This document shows, one piece after another, positions 11,845-23,992 of a stretch of 64,000 nt of DNA. The first letter of the stretch is position 1; every line of letters begins with the position of its first letter. The notes below the pieces were generated by a model. That model had not been told where the DNA came from. It saw only the letters and a list, made by a program, of their open reading frames with translations, and did no database searches. Origin of the DNA: Marsupella aquatica (taxonomy: Eukaryota > Plantae > Marchantiophyta); assembly GCA_973895155.1 (NCBI GenBank), contig OZ316899.1, forward strand, positions 13,147,934-13,211,933, given 5' to 3'. The translations under genes were made by a program, and so were the position numbers.

Positions 11845-12999
11845 TTGGAGGTGTCTTCCATGAGGAAGATCACCTCGGTGACTGAGTCATTCCTCTTGAC
11901 AAGATTTGGTATCAAGAATGGTGACTACATTTCAAAGCAATTTTTTCTTGTTTTTGTTCATGGTGCTCGAAAGGATGAATTCATTCCAAGAACTCTTGAT
12001 GGAGGAAGAGTTTGGGAGGTGGAGTTTGGAGTTTGGAGATATTGTTGAGGTTGTTTCCAGTAAGGATGACGATTCTGAGTCATTTGCAAATTTTCCAGGG
12101 ATCCCTTTTCTTGGACGGAATGCTAAGATGATTCATGAAGGGGTATTTGTGGACCTGGATAATTTGAAGGAGGAGTTGGTTGAACGTGAGGCTGCGGGTT
12201 TGGATAGATTGACCAAAGTAGATTTGGTGCATTTGAAGCGTTCTTGAAGATTATTGGGGCCAGTGAGCTTGCTAGATTCAGAAGAGATGTTGCATGCCAG
12301 GTTGATTTCCAAGTTGACCAACTTCCCACAAATTACTATGGAGACAAAGTCTATGAGCTTCCTCTAGTGGAATCTAGATTTGGGCAAGGGCAAGGGCTTC
12401 TAGACATGGACCGTGATAATGACAGCTACCCATGGACAAGATTGGTCACCACATTTGCTAAGCTAAAGCCACGGGTCTATTTTCAAGGTCCGCTGGACAG
12501 GTGTTATTCAATGTCAGAATTTGAATTGTTCAAAATTCAAAGAGACTGGGGCCAAGAATGAAGCCGCATTCCCAGGAAGGTCTCTTCTTACAGATGTCTT
12601 CTAGGCAGGTTCCCTTGTTCTTGAAGGCAATTTGGTTTGCGGGGTTTGTGACAAAAGGCTCTATCATGCTAAGATGTTTTATGTGTATGCAAAACCGGCC
12701 TTGGATTCATATATATCAAAGCACATGTCTCAACTTGAAGTGCATATGGGATTTCATGATCATCCAGTTCAAACGGGGAAGTGTCAAGTTGCCAAGAAGA
12801 AAGCGGAAGAAGTTATTCAAGGCATTCAGTTAGCTCATCCACTAGCAACAGCCTCCAGGGTGAAGAACATTTCTATAGGTACATTGATATCACTTTTGCA
12901 TCCCGAGTCATGCCAAGATCTTTCAAAAGAAGAGGAGGTCAAATTGTGGAATTCAATGAAAGTTGTGTCATTGCCGGCAAAGTTCCATGCAATTTTTCA
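11845..12999 (+). pseudogene. 5' part of a second (sister-family) GCM-MULE transposase, truncated by LTR B1
   Basis: Collinear similarity to the 1-3659 protein: VTESFLLTRFGI~ISESYLCGRFDI; SELARF..QLPTNYYGDKVYELP..DMDRDNDSYPWTR~SELSRF..CLPSKYNGNIVFELP..DMDWPKDCYFWTR; HMSQLEVHMGFHDHP~HMSRLAMHVGTHAHP. Confidence 0.8.
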
Positions 13000-15900
13000 T
13001 GCCAAAAGATTCATCTTTATGCAAATTTTGGCTTAGGCGGCCATAAACTCCGTTAGTATTGAGGTTTTGGGCAAGGAGGGATGTGCAAACGGTACTTTAT
13101 TCCCGTAATTAGGCGCTAAATGCGCGTGATTCTATTCTTACACACATCTTAGGTATACTTTGTGTTTCGCCGCCAAAACGTACCTTAAGTTGATAGTTGG
13201 ATCGACCCCGGCTTAAGGACTTCTAAGCCTTCGTGCTGTCCGCCTCCAATCCAGATCCGATGATACGGGTATCCAACCCAGACTCACAACCACTATCCGT
13301 AGTTGACACCCCGTGCATAGCTCATATAATGTGTTTGGCCAAGCATTCTCTACCCGTATACGAGATTTATGATTACAACGGAATTCACAACATACAATCT
13401 TGGTTTACATGAAGGAAATGATGGGGAAAAGACTTTACTTCAAAATCCGTCATACATATATACACGATTGACTCGACTTGTTCTGAATAAATAGGCCCAA
13501 CGGCAGGGAGGCATACACTACAACAGAGCTTGGCTCCGCACTCGCCCGACGAGCTTAGTCGTACCCTCACTCCTTGGTGCTCTTTTATTCACTAAGGCCG
13601 GGACTCCTCGCACATCCTGCGGATACCCGGTTCTGAACCTAAAATCCCCCTGCCTCTACCGGGGGGTGCACTAAATACTAACTAAGAGCCGCAGCCTGGA
13701 ACGGCCATGTGCTCAAATCTACTCTACCTTGAATTCTGCTAACTGTCAGGCCCAAAAATGGCGTGTCTTATTTTAAGATTCTATGTTAAAGGGAGGTTGG
13801 TCAGATAGGACAGTGCCGCTAACTAGTTTTGGCGCTTGTCCTCAAGGTCTGACTTTCCTAACTAAACCTAACTCTATTCTAAACTTGCCATGCCGCTAAT
13901 GTCTGGCACGCTTGCCAGACCTGCCCGAGTTGGACTTGGAGCGGCCGTCCCGCTGTCTCCTTAGCCGGTCGGCGTCTTGCTTGAGTAGCTAGACTTGGTC
14001 CAAAAGAGACTCCTTCTCTTGCTTCATCACATTCATCTCCTCCGTGGCCTCCTGGCACGCCTCTTCCAATTGTTGGGCGTTGCTTGTCAGTTGCGCCACC
14101 AGTTGGTCTTGCTTAGTGGCTTCTTGTAGAAGGTGCCACTTCTGCTTTTAGGGCGTTCACCTTGGTTGCATCTCTCTGGGCCCAAGCGTTGGCCTCCTCC
14201 ACGTCTTTCTGCTAGATGATAGTTTGCCCCTTCAAGTTGTCAATCTGGGTCCGGAGCCGTGAGATCTCGGCATCCTTTTTGGCTCCGGCTTGCACAGCCA
14301 AGGCTTCCTTGGCTTCAGCATTGGTGACCTGGCTCAGAGTAGTTGCAAGCTGAGGCCGGAGAAGTTGAAGCTCAATTTCTTGGTTTGAGGCTTCATCTAA
14401 TAGTTTGGTCGCCTCAACCCACTACTCCTCAATCTTCGTTGTGGCTTCAGCCTGAGCATGCCCTGCTTTCACCGCCACCACCAACTCTTGGCTGAAGAAG
14501 TAAGCCACCTTGCGGGCCATGAACTCCCCCATATCCCGACCAACTTGTTGGGAGAAGTTTCCCAACAACCCATTCAAATACGTGCCCAGTGCAAAGAGTT
14601 CGGGGTTCACCAGGCTGTGCCCACTTGGGTTAGGGCAAGGACAGACCTCAACTCGGGCAGAGGCCGGAGTAGTTATGTCCAGACCTGGGGTGACAAGGGT
14701 AGAGGGAGAGGGGTCTTCCAGGGAACGGAGAACCCGCTTGTACGTGTGTGGAGGGTACTGGGGTTTCCTCCAGGATCACGGCCTCTGGTCTGGGGCCAAC
14801 TTCAACCTGATCAACTGTGATCGCACGGGCCTGATTTTGTGCGTCCAGGGCCGCAATGACTGTCGTATCTGGCACAGAAGAAGGGGCTCCAACAGTTGTC
14901 TGTGGGGTCAAGGTGGACACCACGGGCGCTAGACTCCGGGCTTTGGATTGGGGCCGCCTCTCCTGAGCCGGAAAGACCCACCTGGCCAGGGTGAGTTTGG
15001 GCTCATTGCACTGCAGAAGGGTTTGTCAATCAAAATGGGCGTACCACTCTATGATAATCTTGATGTGGCTTGCAAGGTATGCCTTCCCCCCAAGGTACAA
15101 GGTCTTCCTTTGTAGTTCCATCTCCTCGTGGAACTTCTTGACGAAGAAAGAAGCCCACTTCCTAGGCCGGTAGTTCTCAACCTGAATCACTTGGGCGGCG
15201 GATATCTCACCCCGTGGCTCCATCATGTGGAGAGCATACCTTTGGAAATCCAGCCGCTCTACTATCTCCAAGATGAGGCATGTCCTCATGAGGAAGCCGT
15301 TGTCCACCGAACCCTCAGGTGGGAAGCTGGAGGAATGGTACTTGGCTCCCTTGCCCCCTGGCGCCCGCAATTCTACCCGATTCGCTCCCTCAAGGAGGCC
15401 GAAGATTAGTTTAAGCCGTGCTTTGTTCAGGGACATCACTCGTCCATGCGCACAAGTCAGTTGACGGGCCTTGTCAAAGTTCAAGATGAACTCCGTCATG
15501 TCTTGCCCGTAATACCTGCAAGTGTTCCAAGGGAGGGTGGCAAGGTGTTCAAACCCTTGGATCTTCAAGTAACATGCATGTTTTGGGTGGAGAATGTTTT
15601 TATGGACATTCTCCCCCATGCGATGCATGGTCAATTTGGCCACTACAACGGTGGCCACGGGTAAGCCGGATACTGAAGCTGGCTCCTTCCTCTTCCTACC
15701 CCGAGATTGGTTCCTGGGGTGACTTGTGGAGGGGGACATCTCCCCATCTTCTCTATCCGGCGGCGGTAGTGCTACCGCCGTTAGAATTGGTGTCGGGGCT
15801 GCAACCGTCACCATGTCATCTATCGAGACCGCCTCCCGGGTTCGGGCTTGCTGAGGTGGTGGTGCGTTACCCATCCCAGGTCAATAGGTACCTGGTGGAT

Positions 15901-16353
15901 TGCGGTGAAGGGTTGGGGCTTCCTCATCCTTTGAGCTGAGGTTGACCGCATTTATTATAGATTGCACGCAAGCGGAGGGTGCGGGTGGTGGTGGGGAACG
16001 GCTTGAGGGAGGCCGAGGTGGCGTCTGAGCTTGGCCGTTCCCCGGGAGGATGGGTGCCGCTGCCACTAGTGCCATGGGAGCAGATGTTGAATCGTATACC
16101 GGGGTCATGGTATGTCTAGGCTCGATGAGCGCTTGTGCTTCGGCAAAAATATCATTGAAATGGTGCCGTTGTAGGTCGATGGTCCCTGGAATTTGGAAGA
16201 CCTTGTTGGGGAGGTGGAGGATGGCTTCCCCAAAGCCGATGTACTTGTCTCTGTGGCACGTTTCCCGGCACCTCTAACCCCAAGAACTACCAGCAACCAA
16301 TCATAAACCACTGATTTATGTCCGGCTTCTAGGAGTTTGGCAGCTATCTGGCT
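13000..16353 (-). mobile_element. LTR 'B1' (3' part of an F-like ORF-containing gypsy LTR), interrupted by B2
   Basis: Begins TG at 13000 and is collinear with the F LTR 59640-63000 (e.g. CCCCGGCTTAAGGACTTCTAAGCCT; GAGCTTAGTC; GGGGTGCACTAAATACTAA). Confidence 0.75.
13896..16353 (-). pseudogene. LTR-encoded accessory protein of B1 (plant-transposon core domain + Pro-rich + coiled coil), degraded
   Basis: ORFs 15026-15874, 14422-14610 etc. closely match F's LTR ORF (HLATLPWNTCRYYGQDMTEF; LDFQRYALHMMEPRGEISAAQVIQV; GGKAYLASHI). Confidence 0.75.
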
Positions 16354-19300
16354 TGGAAACACGGCCTAACCTTCGATCCACACTTTGTTGGACCAATTCT
16401 TTCACTGGACTTGTGAATCGTGCACTATAGAGACACCTAATTTTCCTTGACTTCATTGGGTATATTTGTATTTCGCCCTCGGAATGTACCTCTACGGCTT
16501 AATTTCTTAAGCCGGCTGAAGGTCTTTTTCAGACAGATTCAACCCACACTTTAACTGACTAACACTCTCAATACCTCACTTTTCTCTCAGAGTTTGATTT
16601 GGCAGTTTCCAATCAAGACAATGCGATCGTACTTTGCTCAACAATGTCACTCTATCTAACTTAAATCGATCAAGCAACAAGTATCACAACACACAACTTC
16701 TTGGTCGGCAAGAGTCTGTGAACTAGGCAACAAGGCCAACTCAATTCAAACAATTGCACAGAAATCCATAGGAACTTGTGGTTTACTGATACCCCGCGGT
16801 CTAGATTTAGCCGAGAGCTTCCTGTGCTCACAACAATACACATTGACACTAAAGCCTTGACTAAGAAAAAGCCCCCCAAGCCACGCTGCCCAGGTTTTTA
16901 TCCTTGCAGCGTAACCTGAAAGAATCACGGAAATCCTAACCACTCAATCATGACCTTCCATCGTGATATTCCTGTTTATTAATCTAAAACAAATTCAACC
17001 TAACTAAGCCGGAAACCTAAGGGACCCAGACTCCTAATACTATCTAAGCAATATAAGCCGACAAAGCGCCACTTGCCTTGTCAATATCCTACAATAGCCG
17101 CGCCCTTTTGGCCCAAGCCCTTCTCCTTCCGCCACGTCCTCCTTCCAACTGAGGGCTGGCCCGCCTTAATTGTTAGATGACCGGAGGCAATCTCGAACCT
17201 TCCGACCTTGCCATTCCTCTGCGTCCGGCTTTGGCTTGATCCCCTTTGCTTCCTTTGCTTCAGCTTCGGGTTCCAATTTTGCGGCATTGGTATCGGCAGC
17301 ATCCTCATTGGCAATGGCTTGGATAGCATTGGCCTTCACCTCTTATATCCAAGCCTGCTCCCCAATGCGCTCGGTATTGATTACCCATGGCTTCATGCTC
17401 TTGTAATCCATGGAAGCAGTACCAGTATCAGAACCTGTCACCGTAGCTCCAAGTTGATCCGCATTACTTACCTCCACCACAGCTGCCTTCACAGCTACAG
17501 TACCGCAAATGTGAGCAGCCATGCTTTTGACCTCTTCTGGCGTGGCTTTAAGGGGCATTCCATTATTCCCTACCGGCCCCGTGAATGTTTTTTACCAGAT
17601 CTGCCACCAACTGCATTGCTTTCCCCCCAGTCACTTCTGACAACATCGAGCTTGGCATTGGCATAGCAGTATTTTTGACTACCATGCTACTGATGGGAAG
17701 CCTTCCGGTTGGTGACCCTTGTCCTGCTTTGGCATACTTCTTTAGCTTCTCAGTTTGATTGTCAGCACGCCTTTGCAACCCGATCATCTTATCCTTGGCC
17801 TCCTCCAACTCGTGAGATGTCTTCTACTTTATCATTAAGCCGCAGTACCTCTTCCTTGGCGGTCTTGAGCTCCTCATTTAAGATCTGCACAATCTCAAAC
17901 TCCTTCTTATCTAAAGTTGCTTTCTGCAAATCGTTGATGGCTTCCAACTTTGTGACCTCAGTCGTCCATGCCTCCTTTGTCTTAGCTAACTCCTCCTAAA
18001 GCTCCTTCCGTATTTGTTGTACTCGGTTGAAATGGTCATTGGCAGTTGTACAAGTTGCCTCCTTATGCTTTTCACGCATGGCCTCCAGTCGGTCGAGTAG
18101 CTTGTCCTGCTTCCGTTGGGACTCTGCCAAGGCTTTATCACTCTGAGTGAGCTGCTTCTTAGCCTTTGATCTGAGTCTCTCAACTTGCCGATTAAGGCCC
18201 TGTACTTCTTCCTTTGTATCGGCTAACTCCACCTGTACCTTGGTCAATTTTTCCTTGATCCGCTGGTTGTCCAATTGGTAACTTTCCAATTGGTCGTTCG
18301 CAACCTCCAACTCTTGTTGTTTAGCCAACAGATCTTGCTAAAACTGTTGATCAACCCTCGTCTTAGCAGCTTTGGCTTCCATCCTGCGAAGCCAATCAAT
18401 CACTTCCTCTTTCTTCAGTCGCTCCAATGTCATAGCCTCCTCCAACCTTGTTTGATCAGCCATTTCCTTTCTAAGAAATGGCCCGGATTCTAACTCATTG
18501 CCAAAATTTTCCAAGGCTAAGAGTCCACACATGTCTCCATATTCCTTAGCCCAATCTCTCGCATAATTTGACCTCCCAGGTGATACTGGCATCTGCCATC
18601 GAGGTCGTCTCTCCCAAGCCTCCACCCCTAGCTGATCAAAGTCAGTGAGAGGTTCGGCCTACTTCTCACTAAGCCGTTTATTTCCTCCGGCCAATCTCCT
18701 CTTGGTAGTTGTCGTTCGTGCATTTCATTCCTGGCCTCCTACTCCTTCAGTTTCTCCTAAAGTCCTGCCTTGGCTTCCTTCATTCTATCAAACTCCCTTG
18801 GTGTCACATCCGATGGAGGAGACTCTGGGATTTTCTGGTCTTCCGGCCTGCCATAATAGATCGATGGAAGTCTTCTACAAAATCTTCCCAACGTCCTAAC
18901 ACCTGGTACCAGCCTCTCCCCATGATTGACATATTCTTCATTGTAGTCCTCTACATTAACCTGACTATTGTGTATGCTTGCTGCCTCTGTAAATCCCCCA
19001 ATCTCCTCCTCCAAGTATTGCATGGCTGCCGATGGCTGACTGTCCTCCACAGGTTCTTCTACTTGAACCCGACCAAAAGCTCTAAGTACCGGCCTCTCTT
19101 GGCTTCGGCCTTGGCTTCCATCTTCTGACTCTGAATCTATCTGCTCGTCACGCTTCTTTGTTTCTTCGGCAGTCATCTTTCTCTCGACCAGGTAAATGCC
19201 TACGTATGGGTTATTCCGAGTTGGCCATCGCAATGGATTCCTCACCACATCCAGTGTTACCACCTCTGGCTCCATGATAGGGGAATTCTCCCTTCCCAAT

Positions 19301-20841
19301 GTTGACGGCTTTTTCTCTCGCCTCCGTGTGTGCACAGGTTCTTCGTCCTCTTCCTCAATTATTGGTGTTGCAATCAATAGCCGCTCTTGTAGAGGCAAAA
19401 CTGGTGCAAAAGATTGGCTCCTGGCATAACAACAAAGTAATTGCAAATGGTACCCTAGTCTGGATACCGCTCCCTCCCCAATGCTCTGCTTCTCCTCATT
19501 TAATGCCTTCTTCAACTGCATTAACAAATAGCCATTGTAATCACGGCTTGAGTCGATATTCTCGACTAAAAACACCTGGGCCTTGCCAATTTCTGCTCTC
19601 GGCAATGTGCAATGTAGCGTCACTCTCAGAAAATCAATGAACTGCCCCATATGTGGATTAGTACATTGATTTCTAAGTGCAGGGCCCTAGAAATGATCAA
19701 AACTGATTATCCGGTAACGTCTTCCTATGCTCCACCTTGGTCTTGTTTCCTTGTGGTAAAGCAAAGACGGCTTTGATTAGCGTTGGTGTTAGTTCTACAA
19801 CCCTCCCATCCATCAGCATTGTGTTGGAAGAAGCCTCCCAGATCTGACAAAGTCTAACAGATCTTTCTCTGGTATATCAATTAACCTCCAAACCAGTGTC
19901 ATTCATATATCTAGAATACTTGTTATCCTGGACAGCACTGAAGATATCATCTTCTTCTCGTGCAAATTGCAGTTGCAAATTGGCAGATAACCTGTCTGCC
20001 CAACCTGCCATGAACTTATCCTCAACTGCCCTATCCCGGACTGGCGCAACTTCAATCTTGGCTTGTCTTTCAGACCTGGTTCGCTTTGCTGGTGTGGCGG
20101 ATGCCGAACTCCCCTTCCGCTTCATATTTTCTAATCCCGAATACTCTCCAAGGATAGCTTCATTAGTCCACGCCGTAGTGTGACCCTTAATTTCCACATT
20201 GGCTGTCCTGCGTTCTTGATTGCCTCCCGAATGCCAACAACGCAATTCTCCCTAATCAGCAATTTGTCAAGCTTGGCACTGGTGGGAATCCACAAAAACT
20301 TTTCCAAAACCTCCTCAGTGCCTACAAATGCAGTCTTATGAATTCCCCACAATCGCGCAAGCTCTGCTCGTTCCCTAGCTGCGCGTTCTGGCTCTTTGTC
20401 TTTGTAAGTGGGTATGAGCTGACGTGCTTCTTCAAGCAAACAGCCCCAAAAATTTCCTGCCTGATTCACCGTGGTCATTCCACCGATTGAAATGAACTAC
20501 GCAATCTTCCTACCCACCACCTTCAATCGATTGATAGTCGCTCCCCCTCACAAGGTCGAGATAGCGTACACTAAAATGCGCAATTTGACAGAGTATTGGT
20601 TCCCTCCCTTGCGAAGCTGCCACTTAGTGGCTTGCGTAATCTGGCCTGGATTAGGTCAGAACCCTAATCCTACTTGTTGTGGTCCGTTGATTTTATGTGG
20701 TACCTTCAACTCCCCTAGCCCGTTGTATTTGGCTTTGGAGTTGTTATTGCTACCTTACTTACCATATAATATATGCATAATACTATTTGCCGACTATTTT
20801 AGGCTTAACTAATACTAAATGATTCCTGGCAAGGCATCACA
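16354..20841 (-). mobile_element. 3' LTR 'B2' (~4.5 kb, G-like family) inserted into B1
   Basis: Minus strand reads PPT GTGGGGAGCTA then TGTGATGCCTTGCCAGGAATCA, nearly the same as G's start TGTGATGCCTAGACAGGAATCA. Carries a G-like ORF. Distal end (...GTGTTTCCA at 16354) is inferred. Confidence 0.7.
17081..20478 (-). pseudogene. LTR-encoded accessory protein of B2, homolog of the G 1206-aa protein, degraded
   Basis: MTTVNQAGNFWGCLLEEARQLIPTYKDKEPERAARERAELARLW~G's MSNVNQAAHFWGCLFERATEYIKTYEDEESERAARERQELARLW; FIDFLRVTLHCTLPRAEIGKAQV; coiled coil LQRRADNQTEKLKK. Multiple stops/frameshifts. Confidence 0.85.
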
Positions 20842-20851
20842 TAGCTCCCCA
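20842..20851 (-). other. Polypurine tract of B2
   Basis: Reverse complement TGGGGAGCTA directly precedes the LTR TG and is identical to the PPT of element C. Confidence 0.75.
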
Positions 20852-21240
20852 CACTAGTAGAAACTGGGGTCTATTTAGACCCTATTAAACGACTATCCAC
20901 CACCGTTTAGGACTTGCAAAAGACTGGGCGGGACTACAGTCCTTTATAAGATTGTGAGTTGTATGTTTGTTACTAAGATCGACTCAGTCCTTTATAGAAC
21001 TGCATGACCAGTTGTATAATAAACTTGATTTTCAGTCATTTCTAGTCTTTATATTGGCCGCTTTGGTGAGTCATTTTAGTCTTTCATGGGTTGCGTGGGT
21101 GAGTCGTTGTGAAAGAGTAAAATGGTGATAATCATGTAGTCTTAAAGGTTACTTGATGGGTTCATAAAATGACTAAATGAGATACTTTGTGGGGTTTGTA
21201 TTAGTCTTCCATGTCTTCCATGTCTTCCATAAAGTTCTGT
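20852..21240 (+). mobile_element. Left end of a CACTA (EnSpm-type) element, inserted at the B2 PPT; right end not found
   Basis: CACTAGTAGAAA terminus followed by subterminal short repeats (AGTCATTT-TAGTCTT, GTCTTCCAT x3). It abruptly replaces the B2 internal region. Confidence 0.55.
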
Positions 21241-21429
21241 GAAACTCTATATGTTCCAAGTTGACATGGAATGACAAAAAACAAATTCAGACATCATAGA
21301 CAAAGGTTGTCTATGAGGTCTTGAGGTTGTCTTGGTGCTCTTCTTCCTGAAGATTCTGTCTTGGGTGCAAGCTGGGCCAGACTATGACATATTTGGACTT
21401 AAGTACTCGACATCACAAATGGAAGTTTG

Positions 21430-21870
21430 CAAGGATTTCCTTGCTTTCTTCTTTGTGGGGCCACCGATTGCTCCAAATGAGATGCCTGCACACTCGGACA
21501 ATTTTCATCTATGTATGATGAAGTACTAATTACATCTGGAATTCTTTTAGGTCTTCCTGGCTTTCTCTTCACCGGGACCTCCTGTTACACCATAGGAGAT
21601 GTCTGCACACTCTGATTACTCTGGCCATCCATTGGTCGAGACTTTTTGGAGGCCTTCCTCATTTTTTGTTTTTTGGGGGCCTTCCTCGTTTTCTCTTCAC
21701 TGGGACCTCCTATTGCCCCGTACGAGATGTTTGCACACTCTGATTACTCTTGCCATCCACTGGCCGAGAGTTTTTTGGAGGTCTTCCTTGTTTTCTCTTC
21801 ACCGGGACCTCTTTTTGCCCCATAGGAGATGCTTGCACACAGTTGATGGGCAAAATCATACCGTGGGCAA
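21430..21870 (-). repeat. Four ~110-130-bp tandem units encoding AT-hook-like (KR..GRPxK) peptides; probable gene fragment
   Basis: Repeated CTCTTCACCGGGACCTC...GAGATG..TGCACAC. Minus translation VQASPMGQKEVPVKRKQGRPPK / EVPVKRKRGRPPK; in-frame stops. Confidence 0.6.
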
Positions 21871-22293
21871 CAGACACGTCAGTTAAAAAGACACAGATCA
21901 ACTGAAACTTCAGGTACAAAGCCTACACAAAAAAATTGTTACACAAGCTCTCCCCTGAAATGGAATTTGACACTGCGAGATCCTTCAGTTAAGCACTTTC
22001 ACACAGGTGACAATACCACAAATTATGGAGTCGGAAGAAGAAGCAGAATTGTGAATAGACATACCAAATATCTGCGGAGCTCCTACAACGGAGCTTTCTG
22101 CTCCACTGACGATCCATGGAATGCTCACCTTTCCTCATCCTCTTCAAAACGGGACGGAAGAACTCCACGCAAGAGGGATATGATCCAACAGAACAAAACC
22201 ATCAACAATCCGAGTCAACCGTTTCAAAAATAGTAAACAGTTCATCAATCATTCTTACCCTCCTCGGAGGGGTATGGCACCCGTGATAGAAAA

Positions 22294-22610
22294 CAGGAAA
22301 TAGGTTTCCTGGTACTAGCAAAAATTTTCCAATTATCAGCAAAAAGTTACTGTTACGAGGAAAATGACAATCAAAAAATATTTTCTAAAAAGTCACATTT
22401 TCCAAAAAAAATTAAATAAATACATTTTTTGGCTAGCTTTGGGCGCTAGCAAAAAAAAGTTTTCGGCCAAAAAAAATTTAAAAATTTCCCCAAAAACATT
22501 TTCCCAAAAAAAAATTCAAAAAAATTCAAAAAAAATTACTAGTCATTTTCCCGTTAACAGTTTATGTTTCTTGTTACCAGTTTCTGTTTGCTGTTACTGT
22601 TTGCTGTCGT
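22294..22610 (+). repeat. Left TIR-like end of another A-family MULE (likely non-autonomous)
   Basis: Inverted homology to 10625-10931, including a decayed palindrome tagctttgggcgcta at 22434. Confidence 0.5.
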
Positions 22611-23992
22611 TTGTAAATACCTCTCCCCAAAGTCCCCACTCTTCTCTCCCTCGTCTCGTCTCGTCTCGTTATTGTTTGCTGCACCACTGTCTCCAAGAGA
22701 GTCGGGAAGAAGTAGAAGCGAGGAGACAACGAGATACAAAGAAAACCAAGCACGAGCAACAAGACTGAGGCACACAGAGCACGAATGCCACAGACCAAAA
22801 CTTTAGTTGCAGCACAATAATAGGACAAAGAAGGATGTGCATGTATGTACCTCATAAAAACGCCAAGAAGCAAGCAGGTGTGATCACATGCTCTTCATGT
22901 GGTTGTCCCCTAAGGGTGTCTAGCACTACCGTAGTGTACCATGAGAGCTAGACGTGAATACCAAGGCCATGGTCTCAATCATACGCTACATCAGCTTCGC
23001 TGCCTTGTCCGGACGTTGTTTAAGTCGGAGGTGCTGATATTGATTATCTTCTTTTTCATATCACATTTCACCAGATCCTTAATCCATTCAAACCAAACAA
23101 CAGACATTGAGATAGTCCCAATCCAAATCTAGCTACCTGTCCTATCAAGTACCTTTGGATGCGAGATGGATACTTCAACTCTTTTGCAAACGGTGCTTGC
23201 ACATTGTCTTTGGCATTGAATGCTACGACGGTCTTGATGCTAGTCACTGCCTCTCCAACAACTTTAGTAGCACGTGTATATGCCTTGCTGCGGCCTCTAG
23301 AAAACCCCTTAAGAAATTTTCAGGCCTCCAACCTTCTAACTCTTACGCGATAGTTCAGTCCACAAGCTGAAACTGTTGTGATGAATTTGTGATAAGAAAA
23401 GATTACATTTGTGGAGAGGGGAAGAGAAGGACCTAATACTCTTCCTTCAAGCACTTGGTCCACTCGGCCACATCTAGTGGTCTAGCCTGAGTGGTGAGCA
23501 TCGGAATTCCATTGTTACTTTCTCCAAAGACCCAATCATGTTCCCTTATCAAATTCAAAGTTGTTTGAGCTCCAACACCTATGGCAAGAAAAATCAAGAT
23601 GCACAGGTGCCGGCACTACCGCTCTCCAATGGATGCTCATTGAATCCACCGTAGCGACAAACACCAACCCATCAGCGCTGGCGAGCGGCAAACCTCCCAA
23701 CCGGACGTCGATGTCGTGTCCCCAACAAACCGATGGCCGTCTTGCTGCACGGTATATCATCGTTGTATGCCGAGTGGGGCAGCACTACTGGTACATAGTC
23801 TTCCCCCACCCCGCAGCGTCGACCCGGTCTTCAACCCTGCCCGCATGCCCAACTGATGATTGAGTACTCCCATTGCCTGCCCGCCTTGCTGCTCGTCATG
23901 GCCGTCTCACATACAGAAGATCTCCAGTCATCCCCATCCAAAACATTGGTGTCTTTCAATGTGAGAATGACCGTGTGGTAGAGTGGTCAGAC

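Noticed and set aside
13000-20841. One 7.8-kb solo LTR with TGCCA..TGGCA ends
   Set aside because: Flanks (TTTCA vs AGGCA) give no TSD. A PPT at 20842 and two separate LTR 3'-end motifs show two nested LTRs (B1, B2).
10625-22610. Inverted repeats at 10625-10931 and 22294-22610 as the two TIRs of one element spanning the interval
   Set aside because: The first is the right end of element A and the second a left end whose interior runs rightwards, so they do not enclose the interval.
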